A stretch of 64,000 nucleotides of DNA, from contig OY776510.1 of NCBI GenBank assembly GCA_963675665.1, forward strand, positions 2,400,001 to 2,464,000, given 5' to 3'. The position numbers and the translations under genes are program-made. This document shows positions 28,354-37,883 of the stretch, in pieces (the stretch's first letter is position 1; each line of letters starts with the position of its first letter). The notes under the pieces were generated by a model. That model had not been told where the DNA came from. It was given only the letters and a program-made list of their open reading frames with translations, and searched no databases. This DNA comes from Spirochaetia bacterium (GTDB taxonomy: Bacteria; Spirochaetota; Spirochaetia; UBA9216).

Positions 28354-28468
28354 TTGATGTTTTCTGTTCCGGAAGATATTATTGCGCCAATAAAAACAAA
28401 TAATTTTAACTGGAGCTATGCAAGGTTTTAGGTAACCATCCCGGCTCAGGGGATGGGTGTATGCTCCA
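28354..28468 (+). promoter_or_regulatory. Promoter plus structured 5' leader sequestering the start codon of the symporter
   Basis: TTGATG-17-TATTAT (28354-28382). Stems TGGAGC/GCTCCA and ATGCA/TGTAT, with inner hairpin CCATCCC/GGGATGG (28411-28468). Confidence 0.5.
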
Positions 28469-30104
28469 TGGAATAATATTCCTGACAATTTATTTTATAA
28501 TTATGGTTGTTCCTGATTTTCTGCCGGAAAAAAGAAAATCAGGCCGCCTGACTTCAACAGTCATTTCTTCCGACAGCAATTTTTTTCTGTCCGGAAAGAA
28601 CATGTCGGCAGTTGTTCTGCTTGTTTCTACCGCTGCGACAAATTTTTCAGCATTTACAATTCTCGGGTTATCAGGCGCCGGTTACCGCCTGGGTTATGCT
28701 TTTTATCCGGTTATGGCCTTCGGTACCGGTTTTATGGCGCTCGGAATGTACCTTGTCGGAGAACCTCTTGGTGAACTCGGCAGGAAGCGCAGCTATGTCA
28801 GCCCTGCTGATTTTATTCAGGACAGGTACGGCTCTTCGGCACTGGCCAAAGTTTATGCAATTTTACTTGTAATTATTACTTTGCCGTACCTTGCGCTTCA
28901 GCCGATGGCCGCGGGGATAATTCTGGAATCTTTTTTCGGAGTTCCTTACAGGATTGGAGTTGTTGCAAGCCTGGCCGTTGTCGGCCTGTACACAACACGG
29001 GGCGGCATGAGGGCAGTAGCGCGAACCGATCTGATTCAGGGCGTGATAATGCTTGTACTTGCCGCCGCTGCATATGCCGCAGTCCTGCACAGTTTAGGGG
29101 GATTTTCAGAAGCCCATAACACAGCATTCAAGGCCGCTCCTCAGCTTTTTGAGCGGGCAGGCGGGGGGGCGGGTGTTAGTTCGGCTGCTCTGGCCGGGTA
29201 TATCGTTCTCTGGTTTTTTGCCGACCCTATGTTTCCCCAGCTCAATCAGCGTTTTCTGGCAGCCGGCAGCAGCAGAACACTTGAGAAAACAGTGACAATC
29301 TATCCGCTTGTTACTATGGTTCTCTTTTTCCTGACTGTCTCCCTCGGCGTATTGGGAGCAGGCGCTCTTCCCGGCTTGTCGGCAACCGAGTCGGACAGGA
29401 TCTGGCCGGTTCTGATTGCAGAAGCGGCCAGCCCGGTTCTGGCATCTGTTTTTATGATTGCGCCTCTTGCCGCTATTATGTCCACGCTTGATTCGCAATT
29501 GTTAAGTCTCTCTTCAATTGTTACAAGAGATCTGCTTGGAAAAAAGAATACAAAACCTCGAAATATCAAGTTTATCACAGCTGCAATTGCTGCTGCCGGG
29601 TTAATAATTGCACTGTATCCTCCAAATAATATTCTTGATTTTATTAACAAATCAAGCTTTCTCGGTTATGCAGCGCTTGCACCACTTGTATTCGGCGGTC
29701 TTTATGGAAAGCGGTTGAATTATATTGGTGCTTTTTCTTCCATTATAACCGGTGAAGGACTTACCCTTCTGTTCGGGATTGGAGTAATCAGCCCCGGTAA
29801 GATTCCTGCAGTATTTATTATCTGCGGAGCATCATGGCTGGCGATGATTGCCGGTTCATACGCCGGGAAATTGCATCCTGCCGGGTTTCCCGTTTACAGG
29901 CTGCAGGATAAGCTGCCGCTTAAGTGGGCTGTGTTTTTTATAATTCTTTTCATTCTGGGCTGTGATTTCTTAAGCTATTTTGTGTTTAAGAGCACCGGCG
30001 GAGTCCCGGCTGGAGGGTTGCCGTTAAGGATGTATTACCAGGCAGGTTTATGTATTCTGCTTGCGGTAGGATACTTTATGTTTTTTCGAAATAAAAATAG
30101 GTGA
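28461..30104 (+). CDS. Sodium:solute symporter (SSS) family protein with an extra C-terminal two-TM extension
   Basis: FFLSGK, ATNFSAFTILGLSGAGY, SPADFIQDRYGS, GGMRAVARTDLIQG, AAIMSTLDSQLL. Confidence 0.9.
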   Translation: MLHGIIFLTIYFIIMVVPDFLPEKRKSGRLTSTVISSDSNFFLSGKNMSAVVLLVSTAATNFSAFTILGLSGAGYRLGYAFYPVMAFGTGFMALGMYLVGEPLGELGRKRSYVSPADFIQDRYGSSALAKVYAILLVIITLPYLALQPMAAGIILESFFGVPYRIGVVASLAVVGLYTTRGGMRAVARTDLIQGVIMLVLAAAAYAAVLHSLGGFSEAHNTAFKAAPQLFERAGGGAGVSSAALAGYIVLWFFADPMFPQLNQRFLAAGSSRTLEKTVTIYPLVTMVLFFLTVSLGVLGAGALPGLSATESDRIWPVLIAEAASPVLASVFMIAPLAAIMSTLDSQLLSLSSIVTRDLLGKKNTKPRNIKFITAAIAAAGLIIALYPPNNILDFINKSSFLGYAALAPLVFGGLYGKRLNYIGAFSSIITGEGLTLLFGIGVISPGKIPAVFIICGASWLAMIAGSYAGKLHPAGFPVYRLQDKLPLKWAVFFIILFILGCDFLSYFVFKSTGGVPAGGLPLRMYYQAGLCILLAVGYFMFFRNKNR

Positions 30105-30152
30105 GAGGTTAATTAGAAACCGCCATGTTTCAGTTTGGATATGAGAATGTAA

Positions 30153-31031
30153 TCAGGCTTTGACAATCATTCTTACAAGCTGATCAGCCCCGTTTTCTTC
30201 AAACCTGTAACCGCTGCATGTTTCTACACGCAGCCTCTGGTTCTCAAACCTCCGTTTGAAGGGGTAAAAAATGGTTTCTTTTTCAAAGTATACAGCTTCC
30301 CAGAAAGCGTTATACCCGGCGCCGCAGACAAGAAGATCGACGGCATTGAAATAATCGACCGCCGGAAAGAGTCCCTCCTGGAAATTGGTTGTGTAGATGA
30401 TTTGATAGCCTTCTTCTTCAAGGTAAGAGTATGTCTTTTTTATTTCTTCGTACTCCCCGGGTTTGCCGTTTACTGAAAACAGGCATATTTTTGAACCGCC
30501 GCCGGGACTGAGTTTTTCAAGAGCGGCGGCCCGCGGAAGAATTTCATCGCGGTTGCGGATAACTATCGGGTTGATCTGTTCCATCGTTATTTTGGAATCA
30601 AACGGCTCCGTGGCGATAATACGGTCATACTGCTTCGGTTCAAAAACAAGTGGGTCTCCCGGCAGGGGAATTGAGAAGGCGTCGTCCGATACCTGGCGGC
30701 ACAGAAATATTTTCAGGCAGTCGAACCCGTCTATGAAATGGCGGAGTGTATACCATGACAGGTCGACAAGAAGGACGTCGGGTTTAAGCGCTGCAAGTTT
30801 TAAAAAAAGGGCAGACGACTTGAAGTTATCAGCCCCAAGCTGTTTTTCGTTTTCCGGCGGCAGTTCGACGTGAGAAACGTTCTCCCTGTCCGCCAGTTCG
30901 CCGAAACCGCCGCAGTGAAGAATTGTAAAGTCCGCGTTTATCCCGTTCCGCTTCAGGGCTCGGGCAACGGAAAGCCCCTGAACAATATGCCCGGAACCGG
31001 TCATCATCGAAGAATAGTAAACTATGTTCAT
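30153..31031 (-). CDS. Hypothetical protein, GT-B glycosyltransferase-like
   Basis: N-terminal TGSGHIVQGLSVARAL, KPDVLLVD, DLLVCGAGYNAFWE, RRFENQRLR resemble MurG/PseG-like GT-B motifs. Confidence 0.6.
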   Translation of the reverse strand: MNIVYYSSMMTGSGHIVQGLSVARALKRNGINADFTILHCGGFGELADRENVSHVELPPENEKQLGADNFKSSALFLKLAALKPDVLLVDLSWYTLRHFIDGFDCLKIFLCRQVSDDAFSIPLPGDPLVFEPKQYDRIIATEPFDSKITMEQINPIVIRNRDEILPRAAALEKLSPGGGSKICLFSVNGKPGEYEEIKKTYSYLEEEGYQIIYTTNFQEGLFPAVDYFNAVDLLVCGAGYNAFWEAVYFEKETIFYPFKRRFENQRLRVETCSGYRFEENGADQLVRMIVKA

Positions 31032-31046
31032 TCCGGGCAAAGACTG

Positions 31047-32588
31047 TCAGTACTGTTCGAAAAAACTGAAAGGAGATTCGCCGACGTCGTCCGGGTTGAA
31101 GGTCTCCCAGTCTGATCCGCTGATGTCGTCGAACGAAACAACCCGCTCCGCATCGCTTGAAGAGCCGCCGTTTTCATCTGCCAGCCTTATTTTCCGCGCC
31201 GGCACAGCCAGAAAACGGTGCGGGCCGAAGAAATCAGTGGATTCCGGATCGGTTGACGGCATGCCCTCGGGAGCTCCGTAGCCTGCGACGTATCCAAGCG
31301 AGGTGCTGAATTGCAGGATCTGGAAACCTGTTCCGCCCTGGTTGTTCGCAACATAGACGGCCGAATCCTTTACGATGATGTCCCATGGATCGGCCAGCCC
31401 GGAATAGGCATTGTGCGCAGTCTCCGTTTCGGTAGAGGGATCATACCTGAATACGGCCTTTGCAGCCGAATCATTTGTTCCGACCATATACAGCATGCCG
31501 TTTTGGTCCGAATCAATTCCCGTTATTGTATTAATTGTCGTAGCCGCCAGGCTCAATGTTGCCGGGTTTCCGCCGTCGAGATCGCATTTCCACAGGTTTG
31601 TTCCGTCCGAGTAGTATACGATTCCGTTAGTTCTGTCTACGGCAAGGGCGTCAATTCCGTCGCTCTGGTCCGGGAGGCCTGTTGCCGAGGTGTCGTTTAT
31701 ATCATCGAGAACAAAAACCCGGTTATATCCGGTGGAAAATGCGCGATTGGCAAAATAGATTTTTCCGTCGGCATCATAATCTATATCATAAACACGAAGG
31801 TAACTGCCCGCAAAACCGATTCCCGAATATAGAATTTCGGTCCAGTTGTCGCCGGCCATATTATCAATCTGAACCATTCGGTAATTCTGATAATCGGGGA
31901 TTAAAATCTTCATGTCGTCAATCTGATCGATTGTTACGGCAACATTCGACGCGACCCCGGCGCTAAGGTCGTCTGTTTCAGACCCGTAGAAACTCAGGAA
32001 AATACTTCCGGCCGCCGGATTCACGTTGGCCGTTGCCGAGAAAGTGCGGGCCGTTCCGTCGGGAACCTCTATTACGGCAGACGTGGCCGTGCCGGCAAGC
32101 GATTGCGTTACAGACGTCATATCCGCCCCGCTTATGACCAGGTCAATAGAGCTTATGTTTGCATTGTTGTTGGTTATCGAAACGGTCACTGTAGAGCCTT
32201 TGTCGAAACCGGAGACAGGTTCGCCGGCTTCGGATTCTCCGACTTCATTTGTTGAATAAACCAGCAGGTATTCGGCCCCGTCCGGTATCTTCGTGTTTGC
32301 CGGAATGGCTACCTCTATCTCTCCCCCGGTTGCAGTTGCTTCGGCTATCGCCGCAGCGCCCGCAAGTTTTTCAGTCGCGCTGCTTCCCCAGTAAACGGTG
32401 AAGCCCGTAACATCATAGTCGGATTCAGCGGGCGTGACGGTTAAGGTCCCTGCTATCTCGCCTGAGCCCATATCGGTATCGGTAAAACTGACGGTAATAA
32501 ATCCTGTGCCGGGAATTTGGCCGGTGCATGAATAAAAGACAAGAACAGGAAGCACAATTAAAACGAAATGAGTGATAAAACGTTTCAT
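31047..32588 (-). CDS. Surface lipoprotein with Ig-like N-terminal region and NHL/beta-propeller-like C-terminal region
   Basis: ATG 32588 with GGAGGA SD, signal peptide and lipobox VFYSC. Thr/Ser/Ala-rich beta strands, then repeats such as DADGKIYFAN, DRTNGIVYYSD, DQNGMLYMV. Confidence 0.7.
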   Translation of the reverse strand: MKRFITHFVLIVLPVLVFYSCTGQIPGTGFITVSFTDTDMGSGEIAGTLTVTPAESDYDVTGFTVYWGSSATEKLAGAAAIAEATATGGEIEVAIPANTKIPDGAEYLLVYSTNEVGESEAGEPVSGFDKGSTVTVSITNNNANISSIDLVISGADMTSVTQSLAGTATSAVIEVPDGTARTFSATANVNPAAGSIFLSFYGSETDDLSAGVASNVAVTIDQIDDMKILIPDYQNYRMVQIDNMAGDNWTEILYSGIGFAGSYLRVYDIDYDADGKIYFANRAFSTGYNRVFVLDDINDTSATGLPDQSDGIDALAVDRTNGIVYYSDGTNLWKCDLDGGNPATLSLAATTINTITGIDSDQNGMLYMVGTNDSAAKAVFRYDPSTETETAHNAYSGLADPWDIIVKDSAVYVANNQGGTGFQILQFSTSLGYVAGYGAPEGMPSTDPESTDFFGPHRFLAVPARKIRLADENGGSSSDAERVVSFDDISGSDWETFNPDDVGESPFSFFEQY

Positions 32589-32729
32589 AATAGTCCTCCA
32601 GTTAAAAAGGTAGCCCATTGGAACACAGCTGTCAATAATAAAGGAAGGAAACCGGGAATATGGATAACTTTACGGACAAGTATGGTTAACTTACGGTTCT
32701 AATTCTTTATCTTTTCTTTATCTTTTTTC

Positions 32730-32777
32730 TTGACAAGTTTTCAAGTATAACTTATTATTTACTGGTAGGTACAACAT
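32730..32777 (+). promoter_or_regulatory. Sigma70 promoter and possible GntR/HutC-type operator
   Basis: TTGACA-17-TATTAT (32730-32758). TGGTAGGTACAACA just downstream resembles GntR/HutC boxes. Confidence 0.55.
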
Positions 32778-32806
32778 GATGTCCCTATAAGGAGACGATG
32801 TAAGTA

Positions 32807-33547
32807 ATGGAAGATTCAATAGCCGGTGCGCCGGTGCCGCTTTACTACAAGCTTAAAAAAACAATTCTTTCAATGATTGAGAACGGAGAACTTCAGGCGG
32901 ATGAGATAATTCCATCCGAACGCGTTCTGCAGGAAACTTATAATATGAGCAGGACCACAGTCAGGAAGGCGATAGATGAACTGGTAAACGAAGGCTTTCT
33001 GTACAAGCGCCACGGCAAGGGGACTTTTGTTAAGGGCAGAAGGTTTGCTCAGGAACTGATAAACCTGACGACGAATACCGAGTCACTTAAAGCGCTCGGT
33101 TTTGATCCCAAATCAAGGGTTATTGAAAGCGGGATTATAGAGCCCAAGAAGGTCATCGCTGAAAATCTGGGCCTGGCTTCCGGAGAAAAGGTTTTTCATA
33201 CGCAGCGGGTTTTCTATGGCGATGATGAGCCAGTCAATTACACCTTTTCCTACATCCCTTATAAACATGTTACAGATATTGAAAAACATGATTTTGCAGT
33301 CGACTCTATCTACGATGCAATTAAAAACGAATACGGGATTAAAATTCTCAGAGTTGAAAGAACGATCGAAGCGGTGCGATCCGCCGAACAGATAGCGCTT
33401 TCTCTGGAGACGGATAAAACCAGTCCTTTACTGAAGGTAACAGGCTGGGTGTTTGCCGGGAGCGGCAAAGATAATTTTATTGTGGAATATTTTGTTACTT
33501 ATTACAGATCGGATAAATCCAAGTTTTTTATCAGCCTGGAATACTGA
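32807..33547 (+). CDS. GntR-family (HutC/UTRA) transcriptional regulator
   Basis: PLYYKLK..IPSERVL..SRTTVRKAIDELVNEGFLYKRHGKGTFV plus a UTRA-like C-terminus. Confidence 0.93.
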   Translation: MEDSIAGAPVPLYYKLKKTILSMIENGELQADEIIPSERVLQETYNMSRTTVRKAIDELVNEGFLYKRHGKGTFVKGRRFAQELINLTTNTESLKALGFDPKSRVIESGIIEPKKVIAENLGLASGEKVFHTQRVFYGDDEPVNYTFSYIPYKHVTDIEKHDFAVDSIYDAIKNEYGIKILRVERTIEAVRSAEQIALSLETDKTSPLLKVTGWVFAGSGKDNFIVEYFVTYYRSDKSKFFISLEY

Positions 33548-33825
33548 TTTGTGTTTTCATTGAAATCAGAACCGGAACCTTGCGGTTCCGCAGGAGATTG
33601 TTGCCTATGACTGAAACGGGTAAAACAGTTTAATTTATATTTAAGAATTTAATTAAAAGTATACTCAAAAAACCGGCTAAAATGCTGCCTCGAGCCTGGA
33701 TTGTATCATTTTTCGGCAGCTAAGACTGAATTGTAAGAATTGTCTCTGATTTTTTGCAAAACCCGATGGTTTTGAAAGCCCGGAAAATATCCGCCAGAAA
33801 TTGCCTCAGGGATGATAAGGGGAAT

Positions 33826-34821
33826 ATGAAAACGAGTAATGAAATAAAGGAAGTATGCATAGGGCATTTAACACTGGATGATGTAGTCAACTATGACGGA
33901 ACTACGATGTTCAATACCGCCGGCGGGGCTGCGTTATACTCCGCAGCCGGGGCAGCGCTATGGTCGGAGCAAGTCGGAATTTTTGCCAAAGTAGGAAGCG
34001 ACTATGCGAAAGATAAAATACAGGAGCTTACCGGTATGGGAATAGATGTACAGGGGCTGAAAAAGGTCGGGTACCCCGGCATAAGCATCTGGGCGCTTTA
34101 TGAAAAAGACGGTGCAAGAAAATTCATTCCCAAGAGTTACTCGGGTGATTACGGGCATCTGGCGCCTGAGCCGGATGATTTTCCCGCGTCATACAGGGAG
34201 CAGGCTGAAGCGGTTCATATTTCACCTATGCCGCTTTCCTGTCAGTTGGAATTTCTCAAAAGCGGCTGGAGCAGGGACAAACTGGTTACTCTCGATCCAC
34301 ACTATGACTGGTGCGGACCTGAATATCATGACGAATGGACGGAAATCTTTCAGCGGGTTCACACTTTTCTTCCGAGTGAAGATGAAATAGTGGATTTGAT
34401 GGACCTGGACGGGAAAAAAGAGAAAATTAATGATTACAAAACGGTAATCGAAAAGATTGCCGCTGCCGGTGTCAGGGTCGTCGCGCTGAAACTGGGCGTA
34501 CGCGGGATACTTGTGTTTGATTCGGTGAAAGATTTGTTTTTCCATGTACCCAGCTGCGCCGGCCGGATTGTTGATGTCACAGGTGCGGGCGATGCATTTG
34601 CCGGCGGGTATCTTGCCGGGCTGTCAAAGGGTGAACCTGCGTTTGAAGCTGCTCTTAAGGGATGTGTTTCCTCATCAGCAGCGCTGGAAGGCTTCGGTGC
34701 GTTCAGCATGCTGCAGCATGCCGACGGAAAAATTGAAAGGCGGCTGGAAACACTCAGAAAAGAGTTTTTCTATAAATACGGAGAGTTGGCAACTCAGTTA
34801 TTTCAGGAGGAATTATCGTGA
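33826..34821 (+). CDS. PfkB-family carbohydrate kinase
   Basis: GGAALYSAAGA, FLPSEDE, KLGVRG, DVTGAGDAFAGG. ATG 33826 follows an AAGGGG SD. Confidence 0.88.
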   Translation: MKTSNEIKEVCIGHLTLDDVVNYDGTTMFNTAGGAALYSAAGAALWSEQVGIFAKVGSDYAKDKIQELTGMGIDVQGLKKVGYPGISIWALYEKDGARKFIPKSYSGDYGHLAPEPDDFPASYREQAEAVHISPMPLSCQLEFLKSGWSRDKLVTLDPHYDWCGPEYHDEWTEIFQRVHTFLPSEDEIVDLMDLDGKKEKINDYKTVIEKIAAAGVRVVALKLGVRGILVFDSVKDLFFHVPSCAGRIVDVTGAGDAFAGGYLAGLSKGEPAFEAALKGCVSSSAALEGFGAFSMLQHADGKIERRLETLRKEFFYKYGELATQLFQEELS

Positions 34822-35945
34822 CCAATAATATCTGGACTCCGATGCTGGATGAAATCCGGAGTCAGCAGGAATACCTGCTTTCATGTTACAGGGAAGGTCT
34901 TGAACAGGCGGACCGGCTTTTAAAATCGTCTGAAGAAATCAGTATAGATAAAATATACATAACCGGCTGCGGAGATTCGTTCTATGCGGGGACCGTTTGC
35001 AAAATGTTTTTTTCAAAGTATGCCGGTGTTTCCACCGAGGTTTACCAGGCCCTTGAGTTCTCAAGATATATATGGCCGGAAATTGAAGAAAACAGTCTTG
35101 TCGTCGGCATATCCAGTTCGGGAGAGGTTGCAAGAACAATCGAATGCCTGAAGAGGGCAAAAAAAGCAGGAGCCCGGACTGTAGCGATAACAGCCGATCC
35201 GAATAGCAGACTGGCCCGGGCAGCCGATTCCGTTATCGAGGTAAAGATACCTTCATCCTACGGTAAACTGCCGGGTACCAGATCATATATGGGATCCGTT
35301 GCATCTCTGATGGGGCTGGCGGCAGTCATCGGGATAATTAAAGAGTTTATAACCCGCGATGATGCCGTACGTATTGAAAACATAATGGAAAATATTTCCG
35401 GTGCAATTGCTGAAACGATTGAGATTAATCTGACTGAAATCGAATCGATAATAGAAAATGAAAATATCGAACAGATTCAGCTTGCAGGCAGCGGTCCGAA
35501 CCTGGGAACTGCCGAATTCGGTGCCATGAAAATTCTGGAAGCAGCGGGTTTGAATTCATCCGTGCAGGGAACGGAAGAATGGGCACATACCCTTTATTTC
35601 ACTGCAGGAAGAGGCACATGCGTGTTTTTTATTGCTCCTGAAGGAAATTCCTTTGACCGTACAATTGAAATAATACCGGCTGTGAAAACAGTGGACGGAA
35701 CGGCAATTGTAATAACCGAAGAACGTAAAGCCGAAACTTTCAGCAGCGCCGACTACATCCTCAGAATCAGGGGCGTTGCTAATCTTCCGGAAGAATTCAG
35801 CGGCCTGCTTTTCATAATACCGCTTGAGATTCTGGCATATAAACTGGCCGTTTCGCTGAATGCCACGCCGATGGGCTTTGAAGACAATCCGGCAAAAAAG
35901 AAAGAGAATTTCAGGCAGATAAGGGAGTCCAGAATAACCGTATGA
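34818..35945 (+). CDS. Double-SIS-domain sugar-phosphate isomerase/deaminase/deglycase (GlmS-C/FrlB/AgaS-like)
   Basis: ITGCGDSFYAG, GISSSGE, TRSY, GSGPNLGTAEFGAMKILE, EEWAH. Confidence 0.85.
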   Translation: MTNNIWTPMLDEIRSQQEYLLSCYREGLEQADRLLKSSEEISIDKIYITGCGDSFYAGTVCKMFFSKYAGVSTEVYQALEFSRYIWPEIEENSLVVGISSSGEVARTIECLKRAKKAGARTVAITADPNSRLARAADSVIEVKIPSSYGKLPGTRSYMGSVASLMGLAAVIGIIKEFITRDDAVRIENIMENISGAIAETIEINLTEIESIIENENIEQIQLAGSGPNLGTAEFGAMKILEAAGLNSSVQGTEEWAHTLYFTAGRGTCVFFIAPEGNSFDRTIEIIPAVKTVDGTAIVITEERKAETFSSADYILRIRGVANLPEEFSGLLFIIPLEILAYKLAVSLNATPMGFEDNPAKKKENFRQIRESRITV

Positions 35946-36751
35946 AAATAAAAAGTGTTTACGCGATGGTCGGGCTTGAACCGCTTCCCGGAACATATAA
36001 CCACCGGGGGAAATGTATTCGTGATATTGCCTTTGCTGCTGTCGCTGAGGCGATAAAGCTTGAGAAAGCCGGTTTCTGCGGCCTGATAATTCAGAATATC
36101 AACGACTTTCCGGGAATGAAGAAAGTCAATCCTGAAATAACTGCTTATATGTCGGTTATCGGAAACGAGATAAGGGCGGCAGTTTCGCCGCAGATGCGTC
36201 TCGGGGTAAGTGTCCTTTGGAATGACGGCGAAGCTGCAGTGGCAGTAGCAGATGCGATTCAGGCCGACTTTGTAAGGCTGAAGGTCTTTATCGGGGCAAT
36301 GGTAAACGCGGAAGGAATAGTTCAGGGGTGCTCCGGAGAGGTTTTGCAGATAAAAAAACGGCTCGGAAGCAGAGTGGAACTCTGGGCTGATATTCTGGAC
36401 CGGACGGGATTTCCTCTCGGAGTTGTGAGCCAGGAAGAAGCGATAGTGCAGGCGATTAAACGCGGCGGCGCAGATGCCGTTATTCTGACCGGAAAAGAAC
36501 CGGAAAGGACCTGTGAAATGCTTGCAGCCGGTAAAAAGAAATTCGGCGATCTGAGAATATTCGCCGGGGGCGGGTGCACTCCCGGAAACCTGATGGAAAT
36601 ACTGAATTATGCAGACGGGGCGATTGTTGCTTCGAGTTTCAAGAAAGACGGAAACATGTACAACGCTATTGATGAAAAAAGGCTGAAAGAGTTTTCAGCC
36701 GCACTTAAAGAGGTACCAGACATATATTCCGGAAATATGTGTAGAAAATAA
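35942..36751 (+). CDS. BtpA/SgcQ-family TIM-barrel protein
   Basis: MVGLEPLPGT, QNINDFP, GVSVLWND, ADAVILTG, ADGAIVASSFKKDG. Confidence 0.85.
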   Translation: MKIKSVYAMVGLEPLPGTYNHRGKCIRDIAFAAVAEAIKLEKAGFCGLIIQNINDFPGMKKVNPEITAYMSVIGNEIRAAVSPQMRLGVSVLWNDGEAAVAVADAIQADFVRLKVFIGAMVNAEGIVQGCSGEVLQIKKRLGSRVELWADILDRTGFPLGVVSQEEAIVQAIKRGGADAVILTGKEPERTCEMLAAGKKKFGDLRIFAGGGCTPGNLMEILNYADGAIVASSFKKDGNMYNAIDEKRLKEFSAALKEVPDIYSGNMCRK

Positions 36752-36771
36752 AATTTGAAGGAGTTTGTCAG

Positions 36772-37818
36772 ATGAAAAAGTACAGTGTTTTGATATTAAC
36801 TGTAATCGTATCGATCGTTCTTATTGCCGGCTGCGCAAAAGAATCCTCAATTGAAGACGCCGGATCGGCTGAAAAGACGCCGGCCGGGAATGAACTGAAG
36901 GTAGCGCTTGTTTCGGATGTGGGAGGTGTAAACGACAATTCATTTAACCAGTCGGCATGGGAAGGATTACTCAGGGCTGAGACTGAACTGGGGGTCAATG
37001 TTTCATATGTTGAGTCAATGGACAGAAGCGAGTATTTTCAGAACCTTGAAACAATGCTCGAGAGTGAAAACAACCTGATATGGGGCGTAGGCTATATGAT
37101 GGCGGATGCAATGATAGAAGCCGCTCATACTAACCCGGACCAGAAGTATGCAATTATTGATAAATCATACGGAGATGAAACCCCGGAAAATCTTGTAGGT
37201 GTTGAGTTCAAGGCTGAGCAGGCTGCTTTTCTTGTGGGGTATATAGCCGGGAAAATGACGGAAACAGGAACAGTAGGGTTTATAGGCGGAATAAAGGGCG
37301 CAATCATCGACCAATTTGATTACGGTTACCATGCAGGTGTCCATACTGCAAACCCTGAGGTTAAAGTACTCAGACAGTATGCTAATTCTTTTACCGATAT
37401 AGCGATGGGAAAGGCTATTGCCAATTCAATGTATGAAGATGATGCGGATATTGTTTTTCATGCTGCAGGTCCCGTAGGAGACGGTTTGATTGAATCGGCG
37501 AAGGAAAGGGAAAAATGGGCGATCGGTGTCGACAAGGACCAGAACAGTCTGGCTCCCGACAATGTCCTGACTTCCGCAATGAAAAGAGTGGATAATGCAA
37601 TGTTCAATGTTGTGAAGGATCTGCAGGAAGGTAAGTTCAACGGCGGAAGCTCGGTTGTTTACGGACTTTCGGATGGAGGCGTTGATATAGCGCCGTCTTC
37701 AGATAAACATGTTCCCGCTTCAATACTTGAAGAAGTAGACGCTCTTAAAAAGAAGGTAATCAGCGGCGAAATTGCCGTTCCTTTCAATAAAGAGAGTTAC
37801 ACAGCTTTTATTAAGTAA
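36772..37818 (+). CDS. BMP-family (PnrA/TmpC-like) nucleoside ABC transporter substrate-binding lipoprotein
   Basis: Lipobox IAGC. DVGGVNDNSFNQSAWEG, FHAAG, IGVDKDQ, LTSAMKRVD. Confidence 0.92.
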   Translation: MKKYSVLILTVIVSIVLIAGCAKESSIEDAGSAEKTPAGNELKVALVSDVGGVNDNSFNQSAWEGLLRAETELGVNVSYVESMDRSEYFQNLETMLESENNLIWGVGYMMADAMIEAAHTNPDQKYAIIDKSYGDETPENLVGVEFKAEQAAFLVGYIAGKMTETGTVGFIGGIKGAIIDQFDYGYHAGVHTANPEVKVLRQYANSFTDIAMGKAIANSMYEDDADIVFHAAGPVGDGLIESAKEREKWAIGVDKDQNSLAPDNVLTSAMKRVDNAMFNVVKDLQEGKFNGGSSVVYGLSDGGVDIAPSSDKHVPASILEEVDALKKKVISGEIAVPFNKESYTAFIK

Positions 37819-37883
37819 AGTTTTTTAAATTGACGCAGCAGCCTGTATCAAGCAGGCTGCCTGGGTTTATCCGGAGGGAAAAA

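Noticed and set aside
33548-33825. Possible riboswitch or leader peptide between gntR and pfkB
   Set aside because: Only a short hairpin (CGGAACC/GGTTCCG) and an 8-codon ORF. No recognisable motif.
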